Positions 22,619 through 33,250 are shown, counted from the stretch's first letter. The stretch is DNA of 64,000 bases from an uncultured Oscillospiraceae bacterium (GCA_964370295.1 CAYJIR010000003.1:17224-81223); one strand, 5' to 3'. Notes: generated by a model not told the origin, from the sequence alone. Numbers and translations are program-made.

Positions 22619-23491
22619 TTATCTTTCTGTTGCCATAAAGAAAATCGCTAAGGTGCCCGGCCCTGCGTGGCTGCCAATTACAGGCCCCACATGATTAATG
22701 AAAACCTCTTTAACCCCTAATTTTGTCTTTATTTGTTCTTCCACATAGCGTGCATCCTCGATGCAATCTCCATGAGAGATGAATACAGTTTGCTCGCTTA
22801 CTTGTATGGCGCTTTCTTCCATGTGTTGCACAAGACTATCTAAACTTTGGCGACGACCACGTACTTTTTCCATGGCAATCAGGTGCCCCTCATTGTCCAT
22901 GTGCAAAACCGGTTTAATATTTAGCATTGTACCCAGCATCGCTGTAGTGGGAGACACGCGCCCCCCACGCTTTAGAAATCCAAGATCGTCTACCGTAAAC
23001 CAATGTGCGCAGTTCAAACGGTTTGCTTCTATCCAATGCACCAAGTCGTCGGAGCTCATACCCTCACGCTTTTTTTGCACGGCATGATGAACCAAAAGCC
23101 CTTGGCCAAGGCTGGCTGCGTAACTATCTATCACTGCAATATGTGCTTGTGGATACTGTTCTCTAAGTTCCTTTGCCATAATTCGCGCCGAATTTACCGT
23201 GCCTGAAAGCCCCGAGGAAAAACCGATATACACAAGGTCATACCCTGCATCCAGCACTTTGCAGAACGGTTCTTGAAAATCATGTGGATTCAACTGGCTG
23301 GTTACAGACATTTCTCCCTTGCGCAGTTTTTGATAAAATTCCTCCTTGCTAATTTCGGGCCATGCCGGATGATTTTCATAGGTTTTTCCCTCTATTGTGA
23401 AGCGAAGCGGCATACAAGCCACATCATATTCTTCGTATTTTTCCGGCGTTAAATCGGCGCTAGAATCTGTTACTATCTTATACTCTCTCAT
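22619..23491 (-). CDS. DegV family fatty-acid-binding protein
   Basis: KIVTDSSADLTPE N-terminus with the typical DegV layout. The track ORF begins at GTG 23500, and ATG 23491 or GTG 23494 is better spaced from AGAAAGG. Confidence 0.9.
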   Translation of the reverse strand: MREYKIVTDSSADLTPEKYEEYDVACMPLRFTIEGKTYENHPAWPEISKEEFYQKLRKGEMSVTSQLNPHDFQEPFCKVLDAGYDLVYIGFSSGLSGTVNSARIMAKELREQYPQAHIAVIDSYAASLGQGLLVHHAVQKKREGMSSDDLVHWIEANRLNCAHWFTVDDLGFLKRGGRVSPTTAMLGTMLNIKPVLHMDNEGHLIAMEKVRGRRQSLDSLVQHMEESAIQVSEQTVFISHGDCIEDARYVEEQIKTKLGVKEVFINHVGPVIGSHAGPGTLAIFFMATER

Positions 23492-23525
23492 CACATTCAC
23501 AAACCTTTCTTGCTACTTGTTTATT

Positions 23526-24767
23526 TTAAACTAATTTCGTTTTGTCGAATTGAAAAAATCTAGGCAGCCCATCTTCGTAGCAAACATCTGTTTTCCCACG
23601 GAACAAAGGCAATAAATACTCTATCATTTCTTGTGTAACATTGGTTCCATCATCACAAATCCACGAAAGTGGCACTTTCTTTTCATGGTTTGCCACCTTG
23701 TCTAGCTCTGCCATTTCATAGCGCACAAGATAAGGTTTATTCGACACACGTTTGATGCATACCATTTTATCGCTTATACCGCTAAGCGCTGCCTCTACAG
23801 CATAAACACCGCACATTTTTGCCTCTTCCAAATCTGTGCCAGAAGCCAAATGCATGGCAACACGCTGCAATGCACTTGGGTCTACACTGCGCACTTTAAG
23901 CCCAGGATATTTTTGCGAAAGCTCAGTCTGCACCATATTGCCTAAAACGTCAGCCACACCCCCAAGGGCTGTATGGCCAAACATATCCACTGCACCACTG
24001 TTTGCCTGTGCAACATATTTGCCATTCGCAAGCCGCACACCCTCGCTTACAGCCACCAAAACACTGGTTTCACTGTCTAATTTTTCTTGCACATGTTGCA
24101 AAAATTTATCTGTGTCAAAAGGAACTTCCGGCAAGTAAATAAGATGTGGGCCTGTAAACCCATGCGCACGTGCCAAAACGGAAGATGCCGTTAACCAGCC
24201 TGCATTGCGCCCCATCACCTCCACTATGGTTACCGACGGTATGGGATACACAGCCGTGTCTATCATCAGCTCCGAAAAGCTGGCGGCCACAAAACGCGCG
24301 GCCGAACCAAACCCCGGTGTATGATCTGTTTCCATCAGGTCATTGTCCACCGTTTTGGGTATACCAATGCACTTAATGTCCTCGCCTTTTTCACTAAAAT
24401 AAGCCGACAAACGAGCAATCGTATCCATAGAGTCATTTCCGCCATTGTAGAAGAAATAACCTATATTGTAGGCACGCATAATCTGCAATACTTCTTCGTA
24501 AAGATGTTTTGCGTCGGATTTCAGCTTAAAACGGCACGATCCCAAAGCCATAGCCGGCGTATGCATCAATAGTTCAAAATACTTTTCCTTCACCATCTGC
24601 TCAGATATATTGATAATCCTTTTTTCTAAAAGTCCCTGTAGACCATTTAGCGCACCATACACCGTGCCAATTTCCTTTGCGGCCATGGCGCGTTGCACCA
24701 CACCGGACAGCGAAGCGTTAATTGCAGGAGACGGCCCCCCCGATTGTGCTACCATAACATTTTTCAT
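23526..24767 (-). CDS. pfp: 6-phosphofructokinase, pyrophosphate-dependent type by signature residues
   Basis: 413 aa with SGGPSPAINA, GGNDS (Asp where ATP-PFKs have Gly104), PKTVDND (Lys where ATP-PFKs have Gly124) and MGRNAGW. Confidence 0.85.
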   Translation of the reverse strand: MKNVMVAQSGGPSPAINASLSGVVQRAMAAKEIGTVYGALNGLQGLLEKRIINISEQMVKEKYFELLMHTPAMALGSCRFKLKSDAKHLYEEVLQIMRAYNIGYFFYNGGNDSMDTIARLSAYFSEKGEDIKCIGIPKTVDNDLMETDHTPGFGSAARFVAASFSELMIDTAVYPIPSVTIVEVMGRNAGWLTASSVLARAHGFTGPHLIYLPEVPFDTDKFLQHVQEKLDSETSVLVAVSEGVRLANGKYVAQANSGAVDMFGHTALGGVADVLGNMVQTELSQKYPGLKVRSVDPSALQRVAMHLASGTDLEEAKMCGVYAVEAALSGISDKMVCIKRVSNKPYLVRYEMAELDKVANHEKKVPLSWICDDGTNVTQEMIEYLLPLFRGKTDVCYEDGLPRFFQFDKTKLV

Positions 24768-24852
24768 CTTGCGAAGCTTCCTTTCCTAATTATACTCAAC
24801 TTTTATTTTAACACGTGGTTTCTTATGATTCAAGCCGAAACTCTTTATTTAT

Positions 24853-25296
24853 TTATTGATATCCGGTAGATCCAAACCCTCCCTTGCCTCTTTGCGTTTC
24901 GCCCAAACTTTCCCCTGGCACGAAAACAGCCTGCGCAATTGGCATCACCAAAAGTTGGGCAATGCGCTCTCCGTCTTGAATTTCCACTGTTTTTTGAGAT
25001 AAATTGCATAAAGACACGCAAATTTCACCACGATAATCACTATCTATCACGCCCACACCGTTAGACAAAGACAGACCCTGCTTTGTAGCAAGCCCACTGC
25101 GAGAAAACAACAAGGCTACGTACTGTGCCCCCGGCAATTCCATGGCAAAACCTGTGGGAATCAACACGCGCTCCATAGGTTCCACACATACACTTCCCCC
25201 CTCTAAGCAGGCACAAAGATCCACCCCCGCCGAGCCTTCTGTGGCACGCTTTGGCCATTTTGCACCGTCTCTAAGTGCTTGCAACTTCACTTGCAT
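24853..25296 (-). CDS. dut: dUTP diphosphatase
   Basis: The true start is ATG 25296 after GAGGGGAAG, and the track ORF is extended to 25470. The motifs GSAGVDLCA, GVIDSDYRGE and RGKGGFGSTG fit a trimeric dUTPase. Confidence 0.9.
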   Translation of the reverse strand: MQVKLQALRDGAKWPKRATEGSAGVDLCACLEGGSVCVEPMERVLIPTGFAMELPGAQYVALLFSRSGLATKQGLSLSNGVGVIDSDYRGEICVSLCNLSQKTVEIQDGERIAQLLVMPIAQAVFVPGESLGETQRGKGGFGSTGYQ

Positions 25297-25324
25297 TTTC
25301 TTCCCCTCTTTGCCATATGGTTTC

Positions 25325-27397
25325 TTAGCTCTGTGTGGCACGGTCATACAGGCCACGTGTAAAAGCTGTTTCTGCGGCACGGTGTTGCGAAAACATCGAA
25401 AGCACCCTGGCCGCTTCTTGTTTTGTTTCGTTTGTAAAATAAAAAATCCCCTTGTCTGCCAAGCATTCACGCAAACGATCTCCCATCCACAGTGGAACCG
25501 GATTATGCAAGGTTCGTATTCCCTCTTCGCAACTCAACCGAAACTGTTTTCCCTTACGATCTCGCACATACCCTTCCCGCTTACAGTTAACACAATCTTC
25601 CTGTGTACGCCGCAAGGGACAAGCCCTTGTAATCATCAAAGGAAAATGCCCATATACCAACATTTCCAGCCCCAAAGAGATTTCGCACCCCTGCGCCAAA
25701 GTCGCTTCCTGCGCCAAACTAAGCTCTGGCGATACCGTAAGAGACTGAAAGCCCTGTTCATGCAAAAAAGTGGCCGTTTGCGCATTTGTTACAGGCAAAC
25801 CAAACCCACCGGCAATCCTCTTTCCCTCGCACAGTTCCCATTGCCCTATACCATGTATTTCAAAGCCCCAAAAACCCAATTCTGCCGCTTGACACACAGC
25901 CCTTTTCACCTCGGCCTCTTGCTTTGCATCTATAAACCGTGGTAAAGAAAGACGTGTTCTACTACGGATTTCCTCGGGCACATTTATAGCTTCTTGCAAT
26001 GGAAAAATCAACAGCTCGCATTGTGTCAATGCTTCTTGTGGCATAAGTGCCACCTTAGAAAACCGCGCATGATACGCCTTTATCCTGCGTGTAGTAGGCC
26101 GATTTATCAAGGGCGCCCTATATTCTGCCGACACCGTCTTTTGTTCTGACGAGCGCTCGCGCAAAAGCAACAAATTATGTAAGGCGGTTCGGCGCAAATT
26201 GTTTATAAGAGAGGTCGGAGCAAATACCCCTTCTTCGTTGCACACTTGCAAATCTCGCAGAAAAAATGGTGTACCACCGGTTTTTTGCAAGGATTTCATC
26301 AGGTCTTGCGCTTGCTGCGCCACACTTAGTTGTTCTTTCAAGCCGTGCTCTACCTTGTTCTTGCCGTCTGACACATACAAGTATGCTCCATCACCATTCA
26401 ATGTTAGGTGCATATCCACCGGCACGCGCATACGCTCTCGCCTATAGAGTTCTCTCGCTTTTGGCAGGGCTGTTTTTGTTTGCTCTTTCTCTGCTTCACC
26501 GCGAAAGCCGAACATTTCGCATCCTATTTTTCCGCCGTACCAACCATCTGTAAAGCTGCCACGGCTAAATACCGCTTGTAAAAATACTTCGTCGTAGGCC
26601 TTTCCCTCTCTGGCACACAGGGCGGCATCTACAACCGCGGCAACATATTCGGGCGTGCGCAGTCTTCCCTCTATTTTAGCACACGCAACACCCATTTCCT
26701 CCAATTTCGGCAAAGCTTTTAGCACCGATAAATCTTTTAACGATAAGGCATATTGCTCTTTTTTCCTATCGCTGCCTTCTTTGCAAAAAGGCAGGCGACA
26801 GGGCGCGGCACAAGCACCACGATTACCGCTTCGCCCGCCTAAAAAACTGCTAAAATAGCACTGACCGGACATCGACAAACACAATGCCCCATGTACAAAA
26901 ATTTCCACTTCTATTGGCGCACGCTTTGCAATATAAGCGATTTCCTCTTCGCGCAATTCACGCGCCAAAATGGCACGCGTAAACCCAAGCTTCGCCAGTT
27001 TTTGCACCCCGGCCAAAGTATGCACCCCCATTTGAGTAGAGGCATGCAAGGCAAGCGACGGCGCCACCTGTTTCGCAATAGGGACAGCCGCTAAATCTTG
27101 CACAATAGCCGCATCACATCCGGCTTGGTAGGCTGTGTGAAGTGCCACGGCAAACGCATTTTCTCTGCCCGCAAACACCAAAGTGTTTAAAGTTACATAC
27201 ACTTTACAATTTCTGGCATGGCAAAAAGCCACCGCTTTATATAAACCCTCTTCATCAAAATTCTCGGCACTGCGGCGTGCATTAAAACCCTGTAACCCTA
27301 AATAAACACAATCAGCACCGCTGAATACAGCGGCGCTTAAAGTTTTCTCGTTTCCGGCAGGGGCTAGTATTTCAATGCGCCTTTGCGAAACCGACAT
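25325..27397 (-). CDS. peptidase U32 family protein (long, two-module form)
   Basis: 690 aa. The N-terminal module carries EIFVHGALCLSMSGQCYFSS, a near-exact U32 signature. The C-terminal region has a degenerate second copy (EMLVYGHFPLMITRACPL). The start abuts the zapA stop. Confidence 0.85.
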   Translation of the reverse strand: MSVSQRRIEILAPAGNEKTLSAAVFSGADCVYLGLQGFNARRSAENFDEEGLYKAVAFCHARNCKVYVTLNTLVFAGRENAFAVALHTAYQAGCDAAIVQDLAAVPIAKQVAPSLALHASTQMGVHTLAGVQKLAKLGFTRAILARELREEEIAYIAKRAPIEVEIFVHGALCLSMSGQCYFSSFLGGRSGNRGACAAPCRLPFCKEGSDRKKEQYALSLKDLSVLKALPKLEEMGVACAKIEGRLRTPEYVAAVVDAALCAREGKAYDEVFLQAVFSRGSFTDGWYGGKIGCEMFGFRGEAEKEQTKTALPKARELYRRERMRVPVDMHLTLNGDGAYLYVSDGKNKVEHGLKEQLSVAQQAQDLMKSLQKTGGTPFFLRDLQVCNEEGVFAPTSLINNLRRTALHNLLLLRERSSEQKTVSAEYRAPLINRPTTRRIKAYHARFSKVALMPQEALTQCELLIFPLQEAINVPEEIRSRTRLSLPRFIDAKQEAEVKRAVCQAAELGFWGFEIHGIGQWELCEGKRIAGGFGLPVTNAQTATFLHEQGFQSLTVSPELSLAQEATLAQGCEISLGLEMLVYGHFPLMITRACPLRRTQEDCVNCKREGYVRDRKGKQFRLSCEEGIRTLHNPVPLWMGDRLRECLADKGIFYFTNETKQEAARVLSMFSQHRAAETAFTRGLYDRATQS

Positions 27398-27814
27398 TTA
27401 TAAATCCTCAATTACCATTTGGCCATCCTTGTTTTTGTCTGCCTCTTCTTTTGCACTGGTATTTCGTCCTTTTTGTGCTTTCCCTTCATAATGGGCCAAC
27501 TCGTTTCTCAGGCGCTCCACTTCCAAGCGCGCTTCCTCTGCCGCCATACGCGCCTTGGCTGCATCCTCTAAATAATCTTGGATTTGCACACGCATATTGT
27601 CTGCCCCAAACGCATTCTTTTCTGCTTCGTCCAAATAACCAAGCGCTGTAATGACAGCCGCGGCCGCAACCGAAGCATTGGGTGTATCAATCATCACTTG
27701 GTTCATGTCTGCATCCAATTTTTCTGCCAGCCCGAGAAGGTACTCGGCAGAATCGTTGGTAGAAACCAAGTAACTGGACCCGCAGATTTCCAATTTAACT
27801 CTTTGAGACGGCAT
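27398..27814 (-). CDS. zapA: cell division protein ZapA
   Basis: 138 aa. The N-terminal beta region (VKLEICGSSYLVSTNDSAEYL) followed by a C-terminal coiled coil is typical of ZapA. Confidence 0.85.
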   Translation of the reverse strand: MPSQRVKLEICGSSYLVSTNDSAEYLLGLAEKLDADMNQVMIDTPNASVAAAAVITALGYLDEAEKNAFGADNMRVQIQDYLEDAAKARMAAEEARLEVERLRNELAHYEGKAQKGRNTSAKEEADKNKDGQMVIEDL

Positions 27815-28166
27815 TTTTGCAAACCCTCTTTCTTTTTTATTTCAGTTTTCACACCACAAATTGATAACACTTGCTTTGTCGTTATATTTTACAGGAAACT
27901 TTTTTCGTTTCCTTACAATCCTTGCGAAATCACAAAGAATTTTTCATCGTCACCCACTAGTATAATACAAAACACCTTCATTTGGAAAGCTTTTTTCACT
28001 TCTTTACTTCTTTTTCTATATTTTTGCCGCTTTGCACAAACCTTATCCCCCTTTCTCGGTGGTTTTTTTAGTCATCCTATTGTCCACAAAAACAAATGTA
28101 CGCATAAGCATACAAAATTAGCGCCAATTTCTTTGTTAAAAATTCTCGTTTGTTTTTTTCTTCAGC

Positions 28167-28196
28167 TTGCAATCAAAACCTTATGTAAGGTATAAT
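28167..28196 (+). promoter_or_regulatory. putative sigma-A promoter of glgP
   Basis: TTGCAA (28167-28172), 18-nt spacer, TATAAT (28191-28196). Confidence 0.45.
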
Positions 28197-28303
28197 GAAA
28201 ATGGTATTTTATATTGTAATTCCGTAATTTATAGTTTTTATAGCGCGTGTTTTTGGGCGTTGTCGCACACAAGAAGCACTCACCCGAGAAATGGAGGCAC
28301 ACT

Positions 28304-30727
28304 ATGAAGCAAAAATTAGGACAAAACATCGACAATCAAGAGTTTGAAACTCGTATTCAATCGTATTTATTTAGTGAATTTAACACAGACCTGGAATCTG
28401 CCAGTTTAGACCAAATTTATCGTGCTCTTGCTCGAGTCACACGTAAAATCATCAGCGATGGGCGAAAGCAATTCATGGCACATACCTATGGCACCAACGG
28501 AAAGCAAGTTTACTACCTGTGCATGGAATTTTTGCTTGGGCGTAGCCTTCGAGACAACTTGTCGAACTTGGGGCTAGAAAAAGTGGCGCAACAAGTGCTT
28601 GCCTCGCATGATTTGAAACTAGACACTGTGTATGAAGAAGAACCGGACGCCGGCCTTGGCAATGGCGGTCTTGGGCGTTTGGCAGCTTGTTATTTAGACG
28701 GTATGGCTACAACACAAGTGCCCGGGCAAGGCTATTCCATCATGTACGAGTATGGCATCTTTAAACAACAAATAGTGGATGGTTGGCAACAAGAAATGGC
28801 CGATGACTGGTTGCCCTCGGGTTCTGTGTGGTTTAAACAACACCAAAACGCCTCCATCGACGTGCGCTTTGATGGCGAAATAGAAGAAAGTTGGGACGGG
28901 AATTTTCACCATGTAGTTCATAAAAACGCCACTGTAGTGAAAGCGGTGCCACACGACATCTATATTTCCGGATACGGCTCAAATGGTGTATCTAAATTGC
29001 GCTTGTGGAAGGCCAAAGCTCCCGGCTTTGACATGCAGGCTTTCAACGCCGGTGATTACTATGATGCCATGACGCAAAACGCCAATGTCGAACTTATCTC
29101 AAAGGTCCTTTACCCCAACGATAACCACATTGAAGGTAAAATTTTGCGCTTACGGCAACAATATTTTTTGTCTTGCGCCTCTGTAGACGACATAGTGCAA
29201 CAGCATCTTGAACAATATGGCACCATCGACAATCTGCCCGACAAGGTTGCCATCCATATCAACGACACCCATCCCACACTTGCCATACCGGAATTGCTTC
29301 GAATACTACTAGACAATTGTGGCTTTAGCTGGGAGATATCCTTCGATATTGCCAAACGCACCTTCGCCTACACGAACCACACAGTGATGAGTGAAGCACT
29401 GGAAAAATGGCCTTGTGATTTGTTCAAACGCGTTTTGCCACGCATCTATCAGATTTTGCAAGAAATGGATCGCCGCGCACGCGCCGATTTTGAACAAGCA
29501 TTCCCCGGCGACCAAGGCAAAATTGACTATATGGCCATGATACATGATGGTGAAATTCGCATGGCGAACATCTGCTGTTATTGTGCACATTCCATCAACG
29601 GTGTGTCTAAGTTACACAGTGAAATCATCAAAGAAACAGTATTCCATGATTATTATCTCTACTGCCCTGAAAAATTTACCAATGTGACAAACGGAATTGC
29701 CTATCGCCGCTGGCTTTTGCAGGCCAACCCAGCCCTTACCGATTACCTAGAAGAAGTGATTGGTGATGAATTTAAAACAGACGCCTCGGCTCTATCTAAA
29801 CTTTTTTCCTATCGAGACAACAAAGAGGTGCTTACAGGGCTCGCACAAGTAAAACACAAAAACAAAGTCATTTTTTCCGAGCGTATCCAAAAAATATACG
29901 GCATCTCTCTTGACCCTAACAGCATCTTTGACTGCCAGGTGAAACGGATGCACGAATACAAACGCCAGCACTTAAATGCCTTGAACATTGCCTGTGAATA
30001 TTTATATTTAAAAGAGAATCCCAATGCCGACTTTGTGCCCAAAACATACATTTTTGCAGCCAAGGCGGCCAGTGGCTACTACATGGCAAAGCAAATGATT
30101 CGTCTTATATGGCAACTGGGTGAACTGATTGAAGCCGATCCGGTTGTGCGAAAAAAACTACGCATTGTCTATCTGGTAGATTACAATGTAACCACCAGTG
30201 AACTTCTTATGCCCGCCAGCGAAATTTCCGAGCAAATCAGCCTGGCCGGCACCGAAGCCTCCGGCACAGGCAACATGAAGTTTATGATGAACGGTGCACT
30301 GACTTTGGGTACTTTGGATGGCGCCAATATCGAAATTGCCGAGGCCGCAGGCAAGGACAATTTCATACAGTTTGGCATGCTTAGCGAAGAGGTTGTAAGC
30401 TTAAAGCAGCAGGGGTATAACCCTTCTTCTTATATTGCCAACATACCCATGGCCGATGAAGTATTAAATTTCTTGGCACGTGGTTGGAGCGGGGAAAACT
30501 TCCAAGAAATTGTTGAAAATTTACGCACACAAGATCCCTATATGGTAATGGCTGACTTTGCCGACTATCGCAAAGCACAAGAACGTGTATCTCAGCTATA
30601 TCGCGATCAAAAAACTTTTATGCAAATGAGCCTTTCTAACATTGCGGGCAGTGGTATTTTTGCCGCCGATCGCGCCGTGTTAGAATACGCAACTAATATT
30701 TGGGGTGCCGACCCCGTTAAATGGTAG
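28304..30727 (+). CDS. glgP: glycogen/maltodextrin phosphorylase
   Basis: ATG 28304 follows GGAGG, and the track ORF starts at 28247. It has LGNGGLGRLAACYLD and the pyridoxal-phosphate site EASGTGNMKFMMNGALT. Confidence 0.95.
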   Translation: MKQKLGQNIDNQEFETRIQSYLFSEFNTDLESASLDQIYRALARVTRKIISDGRKQFMAHTYGTNGKQVYYLCMEFLLGRSLRDNLSNLGLEKVAQQVLASHDLKLDTVYEEEPDAGLGNGGLGRLAACYLDGMATTQVPGQGYSIMYEYGIFKQQIVDGWQQEMADDWLPSGSVWFKQHQNASIDVRFDGEIEESWDGNFHHVVHKNATVVKAVPHDIYISGYGSNGVSKLRLWKAKAPGFDMQAFNAGDYYDAMTQNANVELISKVLYPNDNHIEGKILRLRQQYFLSCASVDDIVQQHLEQYGTIDNLPDKVAIHINDTHPTLAIPELLRILLDNCGFSWEISFDIAKRTFAYTNHTVMSEALEKWPCDLFKRVLPRIYQILQEMDRRARADFEQAFPGDQGKIDYMAMIHDGEIRMANICCYCAHSINGVSKLHSEIIKETVFHDYYLYCPEKFTNVTNGIAYRRWLLQANPALTDYLEEVIGDEFKTDASALSKLFSYRDNKEVLTGLAQVKHKNKVIFSERIQKIYGISLDPNSIFDCQVKRMHEYKRQHLNALNIACEYLYLKENPNADFVPKTYIFAAKAASGYYMAKQMIRLIWQLGELIEADPVVRKKLRIVYLVDYNVTTSELLMPASEISEQISLAGTEASGTGNMKFMMNGALTLGTLDGANIEIAEAAGKDNFIQFGMLSEEVVSLKQQGYNPSSYIANIPMADEVLNFLARGWSGENFQEIVENLRTQDPYMVMADFADYRKAQERVSQLYRDQKTFMQMSLSNIAGSGIFAADRAVLEYATNIWGADPVKW

Positions 30728-30782
30728 TATGCCCCCTTTCCAACAATGAAACGCTAGAAAGAATTTGGGAGGGAAACAAATC

Positions 30783-32606
30783 ATGTCTGCCATTTTCAAC
30801 AGCCAGGACGAAGCCTATAAAACACCCTTCGGTGCCATTAAAACCAACGAAGAGGTCACATTCACCTTGCGTGTTCCCAAAGAATTTTTCTGCAAAACAC
30901 CCTATCTGTTTTTACAGCCGGATGGCTGTGAAGCAAAGCAGCTTTTACTGGAATTTTGCGGCAGCCAAAACGACTGCGACCAATTTCGAATTTCTTTGCG
31001 TCTGCAGGACGCTGGTGTATATTTTTACTGGTTCGATTTATACACAGGCTACCGCAAACTTTACGCCGGCTTGCTTGGACGAGCCTTTCTTACCACCGGC
31101 GATGGCGCCGCCTATCAACTCACTGTTTACGAGCCCACTTTCACCGTGCCCAAAAATGCTGCAGGCGGTGTGATGTATCAAATTTTTCCAGACCGATTCC
31201 AAGAGGGCAATCCGCAAAAACCTTTACATTTTTATGAGCGTATCTACCGCCACAATAAACACAGCGAACCCTACTTTTGGCCTTTGAATACTGAAAAAGG
31301 TCATTTGACTATGGATTACTTCGGCGGAGACCTCCTTGGCATAGAACAACGTCTTGGCTATCTTAAAGCCATGGGCATCAACTGGATTTATTTAAACCCA
31401 ATCTTTGAAGCACATTCTAACCACCGCTACAACACAGCAGACTACATGAAAATAGACCCCTACCTCGGCACAAACGAAGATTTTGCGCGACTTTGCGAAA
31501 AAGCAAAAACCCTGGATATTTCCATTTTGCTCGATGGCGTATTCAGCCACACCGGGTCCGATTCTCTTTATTTTAATCGCGAAGGACGCTACCCCACTCT
31601 GGGAGCCTGGCAGGGGCCCAAAAGTCCCTATCGAAACTGGTATAAATTTCATCCGGATGGTGGATACGATAGCTGGTGGGGTTTCGACACTTTGCCCGCA
31701 TGCAACAAACAAAACCCCGATTTTCGGCGCTTTATCTGTGGCCCCGGCGGTGTAATCGAGCATTGGCTTAACCTGGGGGCCGCCGGTTTTCGTTTGGATG
31801 TGGCCGACGAATTGCCAGACGACTTTATCGAAGAAATTCGCACAGCGGTAAAACGATGCGGTGAGGATAAGCTCCTAATAGGAGAAGTGTGGGAAGACGC
31901 CTCTAATAAAGAGGCTTATGGTGTCCGTCGAAAATACTTTTTAGGCCATGAGCTAGACGGCGTAATGAACTATCCATTCCGCAATGCTATCTTGCGTTTT
32001 TTGCACGACAAAGATGCTTCGCAATTTGCCCACTCTGTGATGAGTATTTGCGAACACTACCCTCCACAGGCACTCTCGGTTTGCACCACACACTTGTCCA
32101 CACACGACACAGAGCGGGCACTCACCATGCTTGCCAACGAACCCACCGGAGACCACGATCGCAATTGGCAAAGCGGACGTCGCCTAGATGCGGCCAGCTA
32201 TGAATACGGCATTCGGCTTATGCAGCTAGCTTTTGTTTTACAGTTCACTTTGCCAGGCATACCTTGCATCTATTATGGGGATGAAGTGGGCATGCAAGGC
32301 TACAAGGACCCCTTTAACCGAGGTTTTTTCGATTGGACAAGCCATGAATCGCGTTTGATAGAGCTTGTAATGTCGCTTTCCAGCCTACGACACGATTGCC
32401 CCGCCTTTGCTGAAGGCCGTTTGTATTTCACCCACTGTGCTCCCGGTGTGCTATGCTATGAACGCAGAACCAATAGCGACGTAGTAGCCATAGCCCTCAA
32501 TTGTTCCGGCCGCAGTGTTGAGGTAAATTTGCTAAAAGAAAGCATTCACTTGCCGAATATGAAATACATTTGGCGCACTAAAAAATTACAGCAAACAACC
32601 TTGTAG
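30783..32606 (+). CDS. GH13 alpha-glycosidase (neopullulanase/maltogenic amylase-like)
   Basis: The GH13 conserved regions are present: DGVFSHTG, GFRLDVADE, GEVWED and LSTHDTER. It also has an N-terminal E-set-like domain. ATG 30783 follows GGGAGGGA. Confidence 0.85.
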   Translation: MSAIFNSQDEAYKTPFGAIKTNEEVTFTLRVPKEFFCKTPYLFLQPDGCEAKQLLLEFCGSQNDCDQFRISLRLQDAGVYFYWFDLYTGYRKLYAGLLGRAFLTTGDGAAYQLTVYEPTFTVPKNAAGGVMYQIFPDRFQEGNPQKPLHFYERIYRHNKHSEPYFWPLNTEKGHLTMDYFGGDLLGIEQRLGYLKAMGINWIYLNPIFEAHSNHRYNTADYMKIDPYLGTNEDFARLCEKAKTLDISILLDGVFSHTGSDSLYFNREGRYPTLGAWQGPKSPYRNWYKFHPDGGYDSWWGFDTLPACNKQNPDFRRFICGPGGVIEHWLNLGAAGFRLDVADELPDDFIEEIRTAVKRCGEDKLLIGEVWEDASNKEAYGVRRKYFLGHELDGVMNYPFRNAILRFLHDKDASQFAHSVMSICEHYPPQALSVCTTHLSTHDTERALTMLANEPTGDHDRNWQSGRRLDAASYEYGIRLMQLAFVLQFTLPGIPCIYYGDEVGMQGYKDPFNRGFFDWTSHESRLIELVMSLSSLRHDCPAFAEGRLYFTHCAPGVLCYERRTNSDVVAIALNCSGRSVEVNLLKESIHLPNMKYIWRTKKLQQTTL

Positions 32607-32686
32607 AAAACAGTTGCCACTACTTTCGCTATGATTGGCCCGCCAGCATAGTGCTCTATTTTATTGATTTTTTTCTTGGAGGATAT

Positions 32687-33250
32687 ATGGCCTTACTTTT
32701 GGCTTCGCAAAGCCCACGTCGACGGGCTCTTTTAGCACTACTTACAAATCATTTTGATGTGTTGGCACCCGAAGTGGACGAAAGCAATTTTGTGCATTTA
32801 CCCGCACTTGAACTTTGCGAATCACTCGCTATAAAAAAAGTCGATGCAATACCTTTTACCGGGGCATATAAGGCAGTTTTAGCTTGTGACACCGTTGTCG
32901 ATTTAGAAGGCCGTGCTTTGGGAAAACCACAAAACTGTGAAGATGCTATTAATATGCTCTCCTCCCTAAGCGGTCGCTGGCACGAAGTACACACAGGGGT
33001 TTGTCTTTTACAACACAACGGACGTAGACATAATTTTACACAAACCACCCGTGTATGGTTTGATACCATCCCTAAATCGGACATTCTAGCCGTATGCGAA
33101 ACCGATGAACCTTACGACAAAGCCGGTGCCTATGGCATACAAGGCTGGGCTGCCGGTTTCATTCCGCGCATAGAAGGCTGCTATTATAATGTAATGGGTT
33201 TGCCTGTGGCTACACTAAGAAACCTACTAACGAAAGAGAATTTATTATAG
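32687..33250 (+). CDS. maf: Maf-like nucleoside triphosphate pyrophosphatase
   Basis: LLASQSPRRRALL N-terminus and AGAYGIQG motif. ATG 32687 follows GGAGGA. Confidence 0.9.
   Translation: MALLLASQSPRRRALLALLTNHFDVLAPEVDESNFVHLPALELCESLAIKKVDAIPFTGAYKAVLACDTVVDLEGRALGKPQNCEDAINMLSSLSGRWHEVHTGVCLLQHNGRRHNFTQTTRVWFDTIPKSDILAVCETDEPYDKAGAYGIQGWAAGFIPRIEGCYYNVMGLPVATLRNLLTKENLL

Noticed and set aside
25142-25945. 267-aa plus-strand ORF
   Set aside because: It lies entirely antisense to dut and the U32 peptidase gene. It has low-complexity Cys/Phe/Pro-rich composition, no RBS and no recognisable motif. It is a typical shadow ORF.
27578-28195. 205-aa plus-strand ORF spanning the zapA antisense strand and the zapA-glgP intergenic region
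   Set aside because: Its composition is Phe/Cys/Ile-rich and AT-driven, and it has no RBS. It overlaps the confident zapA CDS and runs through the predicted glgP promoter.
27815-28303. Large (about 490 bp) zapA-glgP intergenic region as a host for an ncRNA
   Set aside because: It is AT-rich with only short weak hairpins (for example AGGAAAC/GTTTCCT). It shows no similarity to 6S, SRP, tmRNA or RNase P RNA features. Divergent promoters plus a glgP 5' UTR of about 100 nt explain most of it.
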